This document shows, one piece after another, positions 1 through 10,312 of a DNA stretch of 64,000 nt; position 1 is the first letter of the stretch, and each line of letters begins with the position of its first letter. A model generated the notes under the pieces. That model was not told where the DNA came from, ran no database searches, and worked only from the letters and a program-made list of their open reading frames with translations. Source of the stretch: Candidatus Bathyarchaeia archaeon (lineage in GTDB: Archaea; Thermoproteota; Bathyarchaeia; Bathyarchaeales; Bathycorpusculaceae); contig JBEKKK010000001.1 in assembly GCA_050010755.1 (NCBI GenBank), positions 1,120,001 to 1,184,000 of the forward strand, given 5' to 3'. Position numbers and translations under genes: made by a program.

Positions 1-441
1 CTGAGCGGAGTGTTAACTCCCTCGAACGTTAACAAACTCACCAACCTGCTGTCGAGTCAGGGTGGACCCGAGATGCCCAAAGTAATAGACTCGTGGTGCA
101 ACCTTACCTCGCGGATGTTTTGTCTACTGTTCAACTTCACCAACCCAACAGCGACCAACTTGATGGTAATCTCGTCATCGGCGAACGTGACGGATCATAG
201 CGACGGTTATCCTTTGGGGCAGATATCGCTCGCTGACCCCGTCACTGTCGGTGCTAACGAGACGGGTACGTTCCAAATGACCGGAACACTATCTGAGGAA
301 GCCGCCATGCACGTTGCAACCGCTCACTCTGGCGAGAGCAGTTTTAATGTTGACATTTCCAACGCGAACATCAACTGTTCAGGCATAATGCTGCAGATGA
401 ACGGAACGAGCACGATTACCAACGTTTCGATACTGAGGTGA
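1..441 (+). CDS. Hypothetical extracytoplasmic protein, 5'-truncated at window edge
   Basis: Frame open from base 1; N/T/S-rich beta-like sequence with several N-x-S/T sequons; stop is 4 nt before the next ATG. Confidence 0.6.
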   Translation: MSGVLTPSNVNKLTNLLSSQGGPEMPKVIDSWCNLTSRMFCLLFNFTNPTATNLMVISSSANVTDHSDGYPLGQISLADPVTVGANETGTFQMTGTLSEEAAMHVATAHSGESSFNVDISNANINCSGIMLQMNGTSTITNVSILR

Positions 442-445
442 CAGC

Positions 446-1120
446 ATGAAGGGCCTGAACTTGAATATGAAGAACCTACACGCAAAAAATGTGAACTGGT
501 TCGCTCTCGTCGGGGGTGCCTTGACCCTCGTGTTAGCAGTGTCGTCTTTGTCAGTTCCATGGTGGCAAATCACCGTGGGGCAAACTCTGGTAAGGGTAGG
601 CCTTTCTCCTGTACACGTGTCAACAAACATCGTGGGCTACGACGTGGCCCTTCCGATAATCGCGGCCATCGGCTGGATGTTCATGGTGATGCTCGTCTCC
701 GTCGGCATCGTTCTCGTCGTCTACTCGGTAGTCCCTACTAAGCCTTACTCAAAACGCCTGCTAGGCTTCGCTTACAAGAAGCCACTGGGAATCCTAATCA
801 CATTTATCATACTAATGCTGCTCGTAACGAACGCTGGGACTATGATCGGAACGATGATAATCGGAACGATGCTGAGACCCTCGACCATGTCAGTAGCAGA
901 CCTGAACGTCCCGTGGTCCGGGGCGAAAACGCTGCAACTACCCACCTCCGTGGCCCAAGGCACGGTACACGGAATCGCCGTCTCCTCAGAGGTAGAGTGG
1001 ACATTCTGGCTTGCAGTAACAGTAGCTGCACTCTGCATAACAGCCAGAGTATACCACAAAAAGCTCGACAGACCCACACCCGCCGAAAACGCCAAGCAAC
1101 CTCCCCAACACGCGGCATAG
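446..1120 (+). CDS. Hypothetical membrane protein (about 4 TM)
   Basis: Four hydrophobic segments; directly follows the upstream ORF. Confidence 0.7.
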   Translation: MKGLNLNMKNLHAKNVNWFALVGGALTLVLAVSSLSVPWWQITVGQTLVRVGLSPVHVSTNIVGYDVALPIIAAIGWMFMVMLVSVGIVLVVYSVVPTKPYSKRLLGFAYKKPLGILITFIILMLLVTNAGTMIGTMIIGTMLRPSTMSVADLNVPWSGAKTLQLPTSVAQGTVHGIAVSSEVEWTFWLAVTVAALCITARVYHKKLDRPTPAENAKQPPQHAA

Positions 1121-1266
1121 CTGGCGCAGACCTGGGTTAATGCTCTTTCTTCAACTCCGCCAAATTATACCATACCAGCCTCAGAGCCCATCTTTAAACA
1201 AAACGTTAATGAACGCTATTTGAGCAAAAATGTGTGAAGGTTACTAGAACTGGAAGGACCACATAT

Positions 1267-1533
1267 ATGCTGTTTAAGGTGATTGAACGTTTCAAAGATG
1301 CAAAAGCAGTTTACCGCAGGGTACGGGAAAGAGGCAGAATGCTGCCAAAAGGACTAAAATACATTGAAAGTTGGACAGAAGCCAACTACAGCCGTTGCTT
1401 TCAACTAATGGAATGCGACGATGCAAGTTTGTTCCATAAATCGGTGATTCAATGGCAAGACTTGGTGAACTTTGAGATCGTTTCAGTCATCGAATCCAAA
1501 CAAGCAGCGAAGCTAATTGAAACAAAAGAATAA
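1267..1533 (+). CDS. DUF3303-like small protein
   Basis: MLFKVIERF...GRMLPKGLKYIESW...RCFQLMECDD pattern; ATG at 1267 preferred. Confidence 0.7.
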   Translation: MLFKVIERFKDAKAVYRRVRERGRMLPKGLKYIESWTEANYSRCFQLMECDDASLFHKSVIQWQDLVNFEIVSVIESKQAAKLIETKE

Positions 1534-1570
1534 GGACGTTTTTTGAAAAATTCTGAGACAAACCATTCCA

Positions 1571-2209
1571 CTAAGTCCGGCTGCGTTTTACTTTTTTTAG
1601 AACAACAAGCCTCCCATCCATCACGCCCGCTATTGAGATCAGCGGAAATGGAAAAACTGGGCTGCTTTCGAAGCTCGAAGAGAAATATTTCTCGATTGCT
1701 TCTTCGGTCACTGGATTGAATCGGTCTTGAGCAGCAGATTCAACGCTTGCTCCACGGATGAGCGCACGTCCTTGGAGCTTTAGAACGCGGCAAAGTTCTG
1801 AAGAATACTTTGGTCTATCAACATCCTCAATCACGTGGAATAATCCGCGATCGGTTACGAAATCTACGGTTTCATCCTCGACTGGCAGATCGAGAACATT
1901 TCCAAGGCGCCAATCAACTTCCACACGAGCTTTCTTTGCCCTTCTTTCAGCAATTTTAAGCGCAACAGGGCTGAAGTCTAAGCCTATAACATTGAATCCA
2001 AATTGCGCAAGAAAAATCGCGTCTAAACCGCCTCCACACCCCACATCGAGAATCCTAGAGTTTTTCCTCAATATCCCTGTGGCGACGATAGCGACTAGTT
2101 CAGGCGACGGATAATTCAATTCCCAATGCTCAAACTCCCCGCTCCTGTAAGCTGAATCCCAGTAGTCATTGGCTGTCAAATCAGGAAACCCCTCATCGCG
2201 TAACTCCAA
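1571..2209 (-). CDS. Class I SAM-dependent methyltransferase
   Basis: ILDVGCGGG motif I, GLDFS, DRGLFH. Confidence 0.85.
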   Translation of the reverse strand: MELRDEGFPDLTANDYWDSAYRSGEFEHWELNYPSPELVAIVATGILRKNSRILDVGCGGGLDAIFLAQFGFNVIGLDFSPVALKIAERRAKKARVEVDWRLGNVLDLPVEDETVDFVTDRGLFHVIEDVDRPKYSSELCRVLKLQGRALIRGASVESAAQDRFNPVTEEAIEKYFSSSFESSPVFPFPLISIAGVMDGRLVVLKKVKRSRT

Positions 2210-2282
2210 CCTGGCCGACGATAAAAAGTATTTCTGCGCCTTAACGCGTCGCGGTAATGAGAGTTCGCTTCTTCCGCGTGTT

Positions 2283-3521
2283 TTAGAGCAGGAGAGTCAG
2301 CAAAGCTCCGGTTACTAAGGGGAGAACTAGGTTATCGTTTATCGGCAAGGGTAGAGTTTCAATCAGCATGGCTGCAGCCGCCCCTGATGCTGCGATGAAC
2401 GGGTTCACGAAGAATACCGCTGCCGAGAAGGCGAAAACGAAACCGAAGAGTGAACCCTCCAATGTTTTTCCTTTGTTAAACGCGAGCACGTTCCTTCCAA
2501 ACATTTTTCCAAAGATTGAAGCTGCACTGTCTCCAAACACGAAAATCACGATGGCAGCGTAGCTTGCAGGACGTGGAAACAGAAGGAGAGTGAACAATAT
2601 TCCGAAAGCATAGAATATGGGAGCAGCGCGGAACTCGTATTGTTCTTCCGGTGTCGTCGCGTGGCGAGTTATTGACGAGATAACTGGCAAGTTTCCTCTC
2701 TCCATTATCGTCAACTCGGAAATGACGTAGAACGCAGTCACAAACAGAATAAAGTAAGCAACAGGGTAGATGCCAATCAGGCTTGAAAGAAAAGGTACTG
2801 CGATGCCTGAGGCATGAATGATCTCTCGAACAGCATCATTCTTAGACGGCAATCTATGGGTTTTCGGTTGGCCTTGAATAATCGAAAGGACTTCGAGTGG
2901 ATATCCTGTGACCACGTGATCTGCTTTCATGCGGATTATAAAGTCGGGATTATAGCCTATCTTGAGAATTTCGGGAAGCATTAACGACGCGTTGTTACGG
3001 TCGTCTACGACCACAACACAATCCTTCGGCGTCAAACCCTCGGTTTCCAAGATCCTCTTCAGTATCGTAAGCTTTCCATCATGTTCGATGCTGTCCCCCC
3101 ATATCTCCCCCGTGACAACACCGTCTCTTACCCCTAACTCAAAACCGAAAGCATAATCTGCCCCAAGCGTTGACGCCAAGTCATTAACCACAAAATTCGG
3201 CAGCCCAGAGCTTATCAACGCTGTCTTCCAGCCTGTGCTGTGCAGTTTTTCAAAAACCTCTTTCACGCCGGGCAGCAAGGGAGTCTGTTTGAAAATTTGA
3301 ATAAGCTCATCCTGCGAGAAACCTTTGAAGACTCTGAACACGTGCTTCATCGTAGACTTCAGCGAAATTAGACCCAGCTCGTAGAATACTCCGAACAAGG
3401 CTATGCGTATAAACTGCGAAAAGCGAAGCTTCCTACCTACCTCAAAGAGGAGATAGCGCCTCTTAGGAATCAGCACGCCCTCAACATCGAACACTGCGAG
3501 CCTGCGTCTCTCCATCTTCAC
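2283..3521 (-). CDS. Fusion of SerB-like HAD phosphatase (N-term) and dolichol/phytol kinase-like CTP-transferase membrane domain (C-term)
   Basis: VFDVEGVL, LISSG, K, VVDDRNN HAD motifs; REIIH...FGDSAASIFGK...GKTLEGS...LPINDNL kinase motifs. Confidence 0.8.
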   Translation of the reverse strand: MKMERRRLAVFDVEGVLIPKRRYLLFEVGRKLRFSQFIRIALFGVFYELGLISLKSTMKHVFRVFKGFSQDELIQIFKQTPLLPGVKEVFEKLHSTGWKTALISSGLPNFVVNDLASTLGADYAFGFELGVRDGVVTGEIWGDSIEHDGKLTILKRILETEGLTPKDCVVVVDDRNNASLMLPEILKIGYNPDFIIRMKADHVVTGYPLEVLSIIQGQPKTHRLPSKNDAVREIIHASGIAVPFLSSLIGIYPVAYFILFVTAFYVISELTIMERGNLPVISSITRHATTPEEQYEFRAAPIFYAFGILFTLLLFPRPASYAAIVIFVFGDSAASIFGKMFGRNVLAFNKGKTLEGSLFGFVFAFSAAVFFVNPFIAASGAAAAMLIETLPLPINDNLVLPLVTGALLTLLL

Positions 3522-3667
3522 AAATCCTACCCGGTTCAGACCGCTGCAACGACAATTGTTCAGTCACTGCCTCAGGATTCTTTTGTAATTCCTTATAACT
3601 TGATTGCGTACGGTTGCGGCAAGAAAAGGTTTATACTGGAAACTACAAGAGGACAAGAAGGGATCAG

Positions 3668-4537
3668 ATGAGTGGCCTTTGGTTCGTCGACGTTGATGGT
3701 GTCAAACTGAATTATCTGGAAAACGGGTCTGGACAACCGGTGATACTGGTTCACGGTATACCCATGGACTATCGAGCGTGGGACGCTCAGGTTAAGGCAT
3801 TGTCAGACACATTTCGAACTATCAGTTATAGTCGAAGATGTTCGTATCCCAATACGAAAAAAGATTTCGAGAACAGTACGATAGAAAATAACGCGAATGA
3901 TCTCGCAGGGCTGATTTCGAAAATCGCTGAGAGTCCAGCCCATTTGGTCGGTCATTCCTATGGGGCATTCGTCGCAGCTTTCTGTGCGTTCAAGCATCCT
4001 GAACTCGTGAAGAGTCTGATCTTGATTGAGCCGTTCGTTCCAACGCTTTTGATCAGAAATTTGAATTCATCTCAGGATAGGCTGGCTCTCCTCTTGAGGA
4101 TGCCTTCGGTTGCGCTGGCAGCGCGGAAGCTGCTTAATGGTTCAACATATCCCGCCCTCAAAGAGCTCGACAGAGGAAACGGTGAAAACGCGCTGAAAAT
4201 CTTCGTCAACGGGTTGCAACAAAAGGAAAATGGTTTCGATGCATTTCCAGAACAGGTTAAGTCGATCATGCTGGACAACAAGGAAACCATCAGAGAGCTT
4301 ACGACCAAGCTTCCAGGCTTCACCCAGAAAGAAGCCGCGATGATCTCTCAACCAGCTTTGTTGATATCCGGAACGAACACTTCTCTGGCTTTGAGCAAGA
4401 TGGCGGAAATACTCTCCAAGAAAATGGTCAAAAGCCAATTAACAAAAGTCAACAATTCGGCCCATTTTCCACAACTAGAAAACCCCCAAGACTGCAACTT
4501 AAGAATAAAGGATTTCCTTTCAAAACAGACTGGCTAA
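3668..4537 (+). CDS. Alpha/beta-fold hydrolase
   Basis: LVHG, GHSYG nucleophile elbow, C-terminal AHF; ATG at 3668 preferred. Confidence 0.85.
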   Translation: MSGLWFVDVDGVKLNYLENGSGQPVILVHGIPMDYRAWDAQVKALSDTFRTISYSRRCSYPNTKKDFENSTIENNANDLAGLISKIAESPAHLVGHSYGAFVAAFCAFKHPELVKSLILIEPFVPTLLIRNLNSSQDRLALLLRMPSVALAARKLLNGSTYPALKELDRGNGENALKIFVNGLQQKENGFDAFPEQVKSIMLDNKETIRELTTKLPGFTQKEAAMISQPALLISGTNTSLALSKMAEILSKKMVKSQLTKVNNSAHFPQLENPQDCNLRIKDFLSKQTG

Positions 4538-4705
4538 ACCAAAACCACACAAGTGTGGTTAGCGCGCGCGCCACCCGACCCGTGAGCTTTTCTCATGGTG
4601 TCTAAGTGCCTTGAAGAGTAATCGGTAGTATTCTGTTCTTTTCATATATGTTAATAACTTTGCTCTTGCCTTGAAAGCGGTGGGCGATTAGAAGAGGCAG
4701 GTCAA

Positions 4706-5767
4706 TTGAAACGAAAAGGAGTGAGCTACGACGTGGGCATCCAATATTACTTCAATTGGCGCCCCATTTTCGATCTAAAGACAGTTCATCGCGAGCTGGA
4801 GATAATCAAAAATGACCTGCATTGTAACTCAGTCAGAATCTGCGGCCTCAGCATCGAGCGCCTTATGATTGTCGCAGAGGACGCCTTGAAACAGGGGCTG
4901 GAGGTGTGGCTTTCTCCCCTGTTGTGGGACAAGAGCCAGAAGGAGACGCTTGATTACATTACCAAAGCGGCGACCGCTGCGGAGAGATTGCAGCATGGAT
5001 GGTCAGATAAGCTCGTGTTCAGCGTGGGTTCGGAGTTAACCCTTTTTATGCAGGGCATAGTGGAGGGCAGAAATCTCCAGAAGCGAGTGAGCAACCCCAG
5101 AGTCTTGTCCAAACTCAAGGCTGGAGAGCACAACAAGCCGCTTAACGAGTTCTTGGCTAGGGCGAATGAGAAGGTGCGCTCAGTTTTTCATGGCAAAGTC
5201 ACGTACGCCTCGCTCGTGTTTGAACTGGTTGACTGGAGCCTCTTCGACTTCGTCGGCGTTGATCACTACCGAAGCAAGCGGATCGAAGACAAGTACGTCG
5301 AACTTCTCAAACCATCTTTCGCACATGACAAGCCAGTTGTGATAACCGAATTCGGCTACGGCACCTGTCAAGAGGGCATCGGCACGGAAGGCTTCCTGAG
5401 TTCAACAGGGCTCGGCGGCGACATCGTTGACCAAAGGTCCCAGTTTCTACATCATTTACCACTCTTGGGTCGATTCGTACGTCCGCACGTCAAAGGAAAT
5501 CATGTTCGCGACGAGGGTTGGCAAGCAAGTCAACTCGTTGACCAGCTCACCGTTCTAGACAGTGCAGGTGTAGATGGCGCTTTCGTATCCCAGTTCGTAT
5601 CGCCCCTTTGGCCCTACGACGATAATCCGAGGTACGACCTCGACATGGCGAGCTCCAGCCTAGTCAAAAGCTTCGGCGACGGAGGGCACGGCACCACCTA
5701 CCCGGACATGCCCTGGGAACCTAAAGAATCGTTCAGAGCCGTCGCGAATTACTATGCCGCACATTAA
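4706..5767 (+). CDS. Glycoside-hydrolase-like TIM-barrel protein of unknown substrate
   Basis: KGVSYDVG, DLHCNSVRI, VGSEL, DFVGVDHY, KPVVITEFG (clan GH-A-like Glu pair). Confidence 0.65.
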   Translation: MKRKGVSYDVGIQYYFNWRPIFDLKTVHRELEIIKNDLHCNSVRICGLSIERLMIVAEDALKQGLEVWLSPLLWDKSQKETLDYITKAATAAERLQHGWSDKLVFSVGSELTLFMQGIVEGRNLQKRVSNPRVLSKLKAGEHNKPLNEFLARANEKVRSVFHGKVTYASLVFELVDWSLFDFVGVDHYRSKRIEDKYVELLKPSFAHDKPVVITEFGYGTCQEGIGTEGFLSSTGLGGDIVDQRSQFLHHLPLLGRFVRPHVKGNHVRDEGWQASQLVDQLTVLDSAGVDGAFVSQFVSPLWPYDDNPRYDLDMASSSLVKSFGDGGHGTTYPDMPWEPKESFRAVANYYAAH

Positions 5768-5863
5768 ATGACCGCTCTAGCGAACACGACTAAAAAAAAT
5801 GAACAAATAAAGTGGACGACGCCCGGCGCTTCAGTCTTTAAATGTGTTAATCCAGGCGGACTG

Positions 5864-8473
5864 TTAGCTGTGTGGAGCAATCTGGTAGTTTTCTTTCCCG
5901 TTCTTGTTCATTCTGGGTATTGTTATCGTGAATTGGGCTCCTTTTCCCGGTATGCCTGTTTCCATGATTGTCCAGCCGTAGACTTCCATCATCTTCTTGA
6001 TGAGGTAGAGTCCGTAGCCTGTTCCGTTTCCTGTGGTGAATCCTTCTTTGAAGAGGTTGGGTTTTGTCTCCTCCCGTATACCCCCGCCGTCGTCTTCGTA
6101 GTACAGTTTCAGCTCATTCGGGCTCGTTTCCTGGTAGCGGATTTCAATTCTGGAAGTGTCTTGACCGTGTTTTAGCGAGTTATCGATCAGGTTGTAGAAC
6201 ATCCGTTTGAGCAGCGAGTCGGCCAGCACCGTCAGTCCGGCACAGTTGTTTGCTATGATGGTGTGCTTCAAGTCTGCGAAAAGTCCAATTGCTTTTTCAA
6301 AGGTTTTGTCCACGTCAACGTAAACGAGCTCTTCGACACCCAGCGATTCATAGTCCTTTGCAAATTCGAAAATCTGCGTGACCTGGTGAACTGCCTCTTC
6401 CATGTCTTTGAGTTTATCCATAACCCCAGCGTCGCTGGCCAGTTGTTTCCGTAACAGGTAAGAGTTTCCCAACACCGTGCTGAGCTTGTTTCTGACATCA
6501 TGTCTGGTCAATCCGCCGACGACTCGCAGTTTTTCATTCGTCAAAATCGTTTTCTGCATCATTTCCTTCATTGCTGCAACTGCCATCTTCAGTTCAGAAA
6601 TGTCCGTGTACATTGCCACGTAGCCGACAAGACTGCCCTCGACGACGATCGGAGCAGCCGAAACCGACACGGGAACGAGTGAGCTGTCCTTCCTCTTTCT
6701 AGCGGTGTCATGATACACGTAGCCTCTGGCTGCCCTCTGGTCCAGCACTTTTCCCTCTTCCTGCATCTCACTGGGCACTACGACTTCGTTGATGTGTTTT
6801 CCCTTGATTTCTTCAAGAGAATATCCGAAGAGGTCCTCGAAACGTGGGTTAACGTCCAGAATATGGAAGTCTGGCCCAAGGTAAGCCGCAGCCTCTGGAT
6901 TTCCGGTAAACAGGCCTCTAAACAGGGCGAAAGCTCTTTTTTGTTCAGAAACATCCTTGTAAACGCCGACGTAACCTATCAACTGGCCCTTAAAGGAGAT
7001 AGGTGCAGCTGACACAGATACTGGGATAGGAGAACCGTCCTTCCTTCTTCTGACAGTTTCGTGGTAAACGTAACCGTCTTTCGCCTTCGAATCCAGCATT
7101 CTTCCCTCTTCAGCCAGATTCTTGGGCACTATTAGGTCGTTGAGGCATTTGCCTTTGACCTCCTCCTGTCCATATCCAAAAAGGCTGATGAAGCGGGGAT
7201 TAACTTCAACGATGTTCAGGTTCGGGTCTATGAACACTGTTGCTTCAGGGTTGCCACTGAACAACCCTGCAAACTTTTCTTCGTTTTCTTCTAAAGATTT
7301 CTCGAGTTTCTTGTCCTCTGTAATGTCGCGGATGGCGGTCACTCTTGCAGTGCGTCCTTTGTACCGAATTGGTTTGGCGCGTACTCTGACTGGGAAAACA
7401 GAACCATCCTTTCTCAAAGCCAAATGTTCGTAGGGGCCTTCGATTCCTTTTCCCATGTTTTCGGTGACAAGATCCCGCGATTCTGGAGCCACGAAATCGA
7501 GTACATTCATTCCGACGAGTTCCCTTAGCTCGTATCCAAGCATCTTGGCCAACTGATTGTTAGCATCAACTATTTTTCCCTGTTCGCAGATGCCGATAGC
7601 TTCAAACGCGGCTGCAGATAATATAGCATAACGCTCCTCCCTTTCCCTCAACACCTCGTCAGTCTTTTTGTGTTCTGTGATGTCTCTAATGATGGCCAAG
7701 GATCCTGTTGGCGTGTTGTTCTCCTGAATGAGCGCGAAGCTTATTTCTATGAACCTTTTCTCACCGTTCTCTCTTTCGATTTCGAACTCGAACCTTCCCA
7801 TAGGCTCAGCCGTTTGCTTTCTTAGCCTCTCAACAAGAACGGGCATGTTCTCTGAACTAACTAAGCCGAGTTCAAGGAAAGATCTTCCGATAATATCCTC
7901 CCTTTTCTTTCCCGCAATCTCTGCTGCCTTCTCGTTTACGTCCAAGATTCTTCCAGCAAGATCTACGTAGACGAGTCCGTCGTTTGCTTTCTCGAACAGA
8001 ATCCGAAATTTCTGTTCCAGCTCGGACTGTTTTTCTTCAGCCTTACCGGTTTTTGCCAGTTCAGTAATGCTATGAGCCAGCTCCGTGTAAACGGTCTCGG
8101 TCTCCCCCAGCTTGTTGAGGTACTGATTGGCTCCCATGTTAAGAGCTCTTATCGCCACTTCCTCTCTGCCTTTTCCCGTGAACATGATGAACGGTATCGT
8201 GTTTCCGCTACTTCTCAGTGTCTTTAGCAGATCTAAGCCGTCTTTCCCCTGCATCTGGTAGTCGGAAACGACAATGTCAAACTTTTCCTTCTCCAGCTTC
8301 TGCAAAGCTTCCTCAACAGAAGCGGCCGTCTCAACTTGGACCGGTGCTTCTAACTCCAGAGCCTCTTTCGTAATCTTCAGGACGCCTGAATCGTCATCCA
8401 CGTGCAAGACTCGGATCTTCTGGATCAACTCAATTATTGCCTTCGAAACGGATTCCGCAACAGTTTTTTCCAT
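5864..8473 (-). CDS. Hybrid sensor histidine kinase (REC - 4x PAS - HisKA/HATPase)
   Basis: VLHVDDD...VSDYQM receiver; four PAS/PAC repeats; RHDVRN H-box, NLIDNSLKH, DDGGG, GTGYGL. Confidence 0.9.
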   Translation of the reverse strand: MEKTVAESVSKAIIELIQKIRVLHVDDDSGVLKITKEALELEAPVQVETAASVEEALQKLEKEKFDIVVSDYQMQGKDGLDLLKTLRSSGNTIPFIMFTGKGREEVAIRALNMGANQYLNKLGETETVYTELAHSITELAKTGKAEEKQSELEQKFRILFEKANDGLVYVDLAGRILDVNEKAAEIAGKKREDIIGRSFLELGLVSSENMPVLVERLRKQTAEPMGRFEFEIERENGEKRFIEISFALIQENNTPTGSLAIIRDITEHKKTDEVLREREERYAILSAAAFEAIGICEQGKIVDANNQLAKMLGYELRELVGMNVLDFVAPESRDLVTENMGKGIEGPYEHLALRKDGSVFPVRVRAKPIRYKGRTARVTAIRDITEDKKLEKSLEENEEKFAGLFSGNPEATVFIDPNLNIVEVNPRFISLFGYGQEEVKGKCLNDLIVPKNLAEEGRMLDSKAKDGYVYHETVRRRKDGSPIPVSVSAAPISFKGQLIGYVGVYKDVSEQKRAFALFRGLFTGNPEAAAYLGPDFHILDVNPRFEDLFGYSLEEIKGKHINEVVVPSEMQEEGKVLDQRAARGYVYHDTARKRKDSSLVPVSVSAAPIVVEGSLVGYVAMYTDISELKMAVAAMKEMMQKTILTNEKLRVVGGLTRHDVRNKLSTVLGNSYLLRKQLASDAGVMDKLKDMEEAVHQVTQIFEFAKDYESLGVEELVYVDVDKTFEKAIGLFADLKHTIIANNCAGLTVLADSLLKRMFYNLIDNSLKHGQDTSRIEIRYQETSPNELKLYYEDDGGGIREETKPNLFKEGFTTGNGTGYGLYLIKKMMEVYGWTIMETGIPGKGAQFTITIPRMNKNGKENYQIAPHS

Positions 8474-8805
8474 ATCGACCCGTCTATGCCAGTCGCTATT
8501 CTACGCTGAATAGTCAAAACAAAGCCCCGAGTCCCATAAAGCAGTTATGAACCCGCAATCAATACCAAAAATCACGCCCACGGCCGCGCTCTAATCGAAC
8601 GATAAAGCCCCGTAGTGGAACGCAAGTATCATATTTTCCAGCGACTATTTGATTCCTGTAACGCACGTACTGTTTGGGGGAGAGCTGTCAAGTTGTCGGT
8701 GAGCGCGCGCAGGACTCCTAGTTAGGCTTGCGGAATCACGATAGAAGGAAAAAACAAGTGGCTAACGATGATACAAAATGCAAGCCGGAATCAAAAATGA
8801 AGACA

Positions 8806-9330
8806 TCACGGACGCACTAATTCAGCCGTTGCAGCGTCAACAAAATAGTATCCGCGCGCGCTCAAAGTGGGGCCTATAGATTTACCACTCTTAGCGGGGC
8901 CTGAGTTATGGACGATGATCGTCCAGACGTATCGGTAAGTCGTGTCATTGACCTGTTTAGGTGACCAATCTGCGACTGAATGTGTCACTGGAGATAATAG
9001 CGCGAATCCTATCTCGGTGGAAGAATTAAGGAAGGCGCAGTAGTCCAGCTCAACGCTGATTGCCATATTCCATAGCGAGGTTACGCTCCATCCTCCGCTT
9101 GCTAACGCGATAATTAGGGCATTGTACATGGAGACTGGAGGAGAGAAGGAGTATTTGTACGCAGGCGTAGGGGTCTTGTTAAACTCATCGTAATATGCTT
9201 GCGAATAGGGGTCATTTGACTGCTGCGTTGGGGTTATGAACACGAAGAACTCGAAAAAGGCGACAACTATAATCATGACGCACACGGTTACTAAAATAGC
9301 GGCTTTCTTTCCCATGTTCCTCACTTTCAC
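8806..9330 (-). CDS. Hypothetical membrane-anchored exported protein
   Basis: Basic N-terminus plus one TM; ends with PepSY-like YFVDAATAELV. Confidence 0.6.
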   Translation of the reverse strand: MKVRNMGKKAAILVTVCVMIIVVAFFEFFVFITPTQQSNDPYSQAYYDEFNKTPTPAYKYSFSPPVSMYNALIIALASGGWSVTSLWNMAISVELDYCAFLNSSTEIGFALLSPVTHSVADWSPKQVNDTTYRYVWTIIVHNSGPAKSGKSIGPTLSARGYYFVDAATAELVRP

Positions 9331-9475
9331 TATTGGCTAGCCTAGCCAATAAACTTTTAGGGAAACACATCACCGAATCTTGACATGAACCTCGTTTCAC
9401 CGAAGACTTGACAGAACCTTGGGGGAACATGTTAATTAGGCGAAATAGCAAAGCATCATTTGAGGTAATAATGAA

Positions 9476-9679
9476 ATGCCCATAGTTCAAGTTTCCGTTT
9501 GGGAGGGCATGAGCCCTGAGAACAAGAAAAAAACAGTCGAAGGGATAACCAAAGTTTTCGAAGACTTAGGAATCCCCAAGGAAGCAGTCGAAATAGTTAT
9601 TTATGAAGCACCAAAAGGCAATTGGGCAACGGGAGGACAATTGCATTCAGAAAGACACGCGCACACACGCTCGCTATAG
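9476..9679 (+). CDS. 4-oxalocrotonate tautomerase family protein
   Basis: Catalytic Pro-1 (MPIVQV), 67 aa, NWATGG; GAGGT RBS upstream. Confidence 0.9.
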   Translation: MPIVQVSVWEGMSPENKKKTVEGITKVFEDLGIPKEAVEIVIYEAPKGNWATGGQLHSERHAHTRSL

Positions 9680-9708
9680 GCGGGCGACCGAGAGGGATAA
9701 CTCAAAAC

Positions 9709-10191
9709 ATGAGCACTGAAGAATCTGCACAGAGCAAGGTGAAGATTGGGGATCAAGCCCCGGATTTTACGCTTCCTAATCAGTCTGGTATGCTGGTGAG
9801 CCTGCACGACTTTATCGGCCAGAAAATCGTCGTATTGTACTTCTACCCAAAGGATTTCACGATGGGATGCACTGCTGAGGCCTGCGCGTTCAGGGACAGC
9901 TACGAGGTCTTCAAGGAAGCAGGTGCAGAGGTTATTGGCGTCAGCTCCCAGTCCGTGGATTCGCACAAGAAATTCGCCTCAACCAACACTCTGCCGTTTG
10001 TGCTTCTCAGCGACGAAGGCGGCAAAGTCAGAAAACTCTATGGAGCTACTTCAGCATTTGGATTAATGCCCGGAAGAGTCACCTTCGTCATCGACAAAAA
10101 AGGAACCGTCAGACACGTCTTCTCCTCCCAACTGAACCCCACAAAGCATATCGAAGAAGCCCTCAGAATCATAAAAGACATCAAAGACTAG
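9709..10191 (+). CDS. bcp: Peroxiredoxin, BCP/PrxQ type
   Basis: YFYPKDFTMGCTAEAC (PxxxTxxC plus resolving Cys), RVTFVID. Confidence 0.9.
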   Translation: MSTEESAQSKVKIGDQAPDFTLPNQSGMLVSLHDFIGQKIVVLYFYPKDFTMGCTAEACAFRDSYEVFKEAGAEVIGVSSQSVDSHKKFASTNTLPFVLLSDEGGKVRKLYGATSAFGLMPGRVTFVIDKKGTVRHVFSSQLNPTKHIEEALRIIKDIKD

Positions 10192-10312
10192 CTAAACGGG
10201 CAAGCCCCATTCTGCACGACCAAACATTTATCCAAATAGCCTAGGCCAGCGGAAGGTACAAAGCAGAACAGAGCGCCCCAAAAAAAAGATCCCCATTTGA
10301 AGAGAAAGCGAT

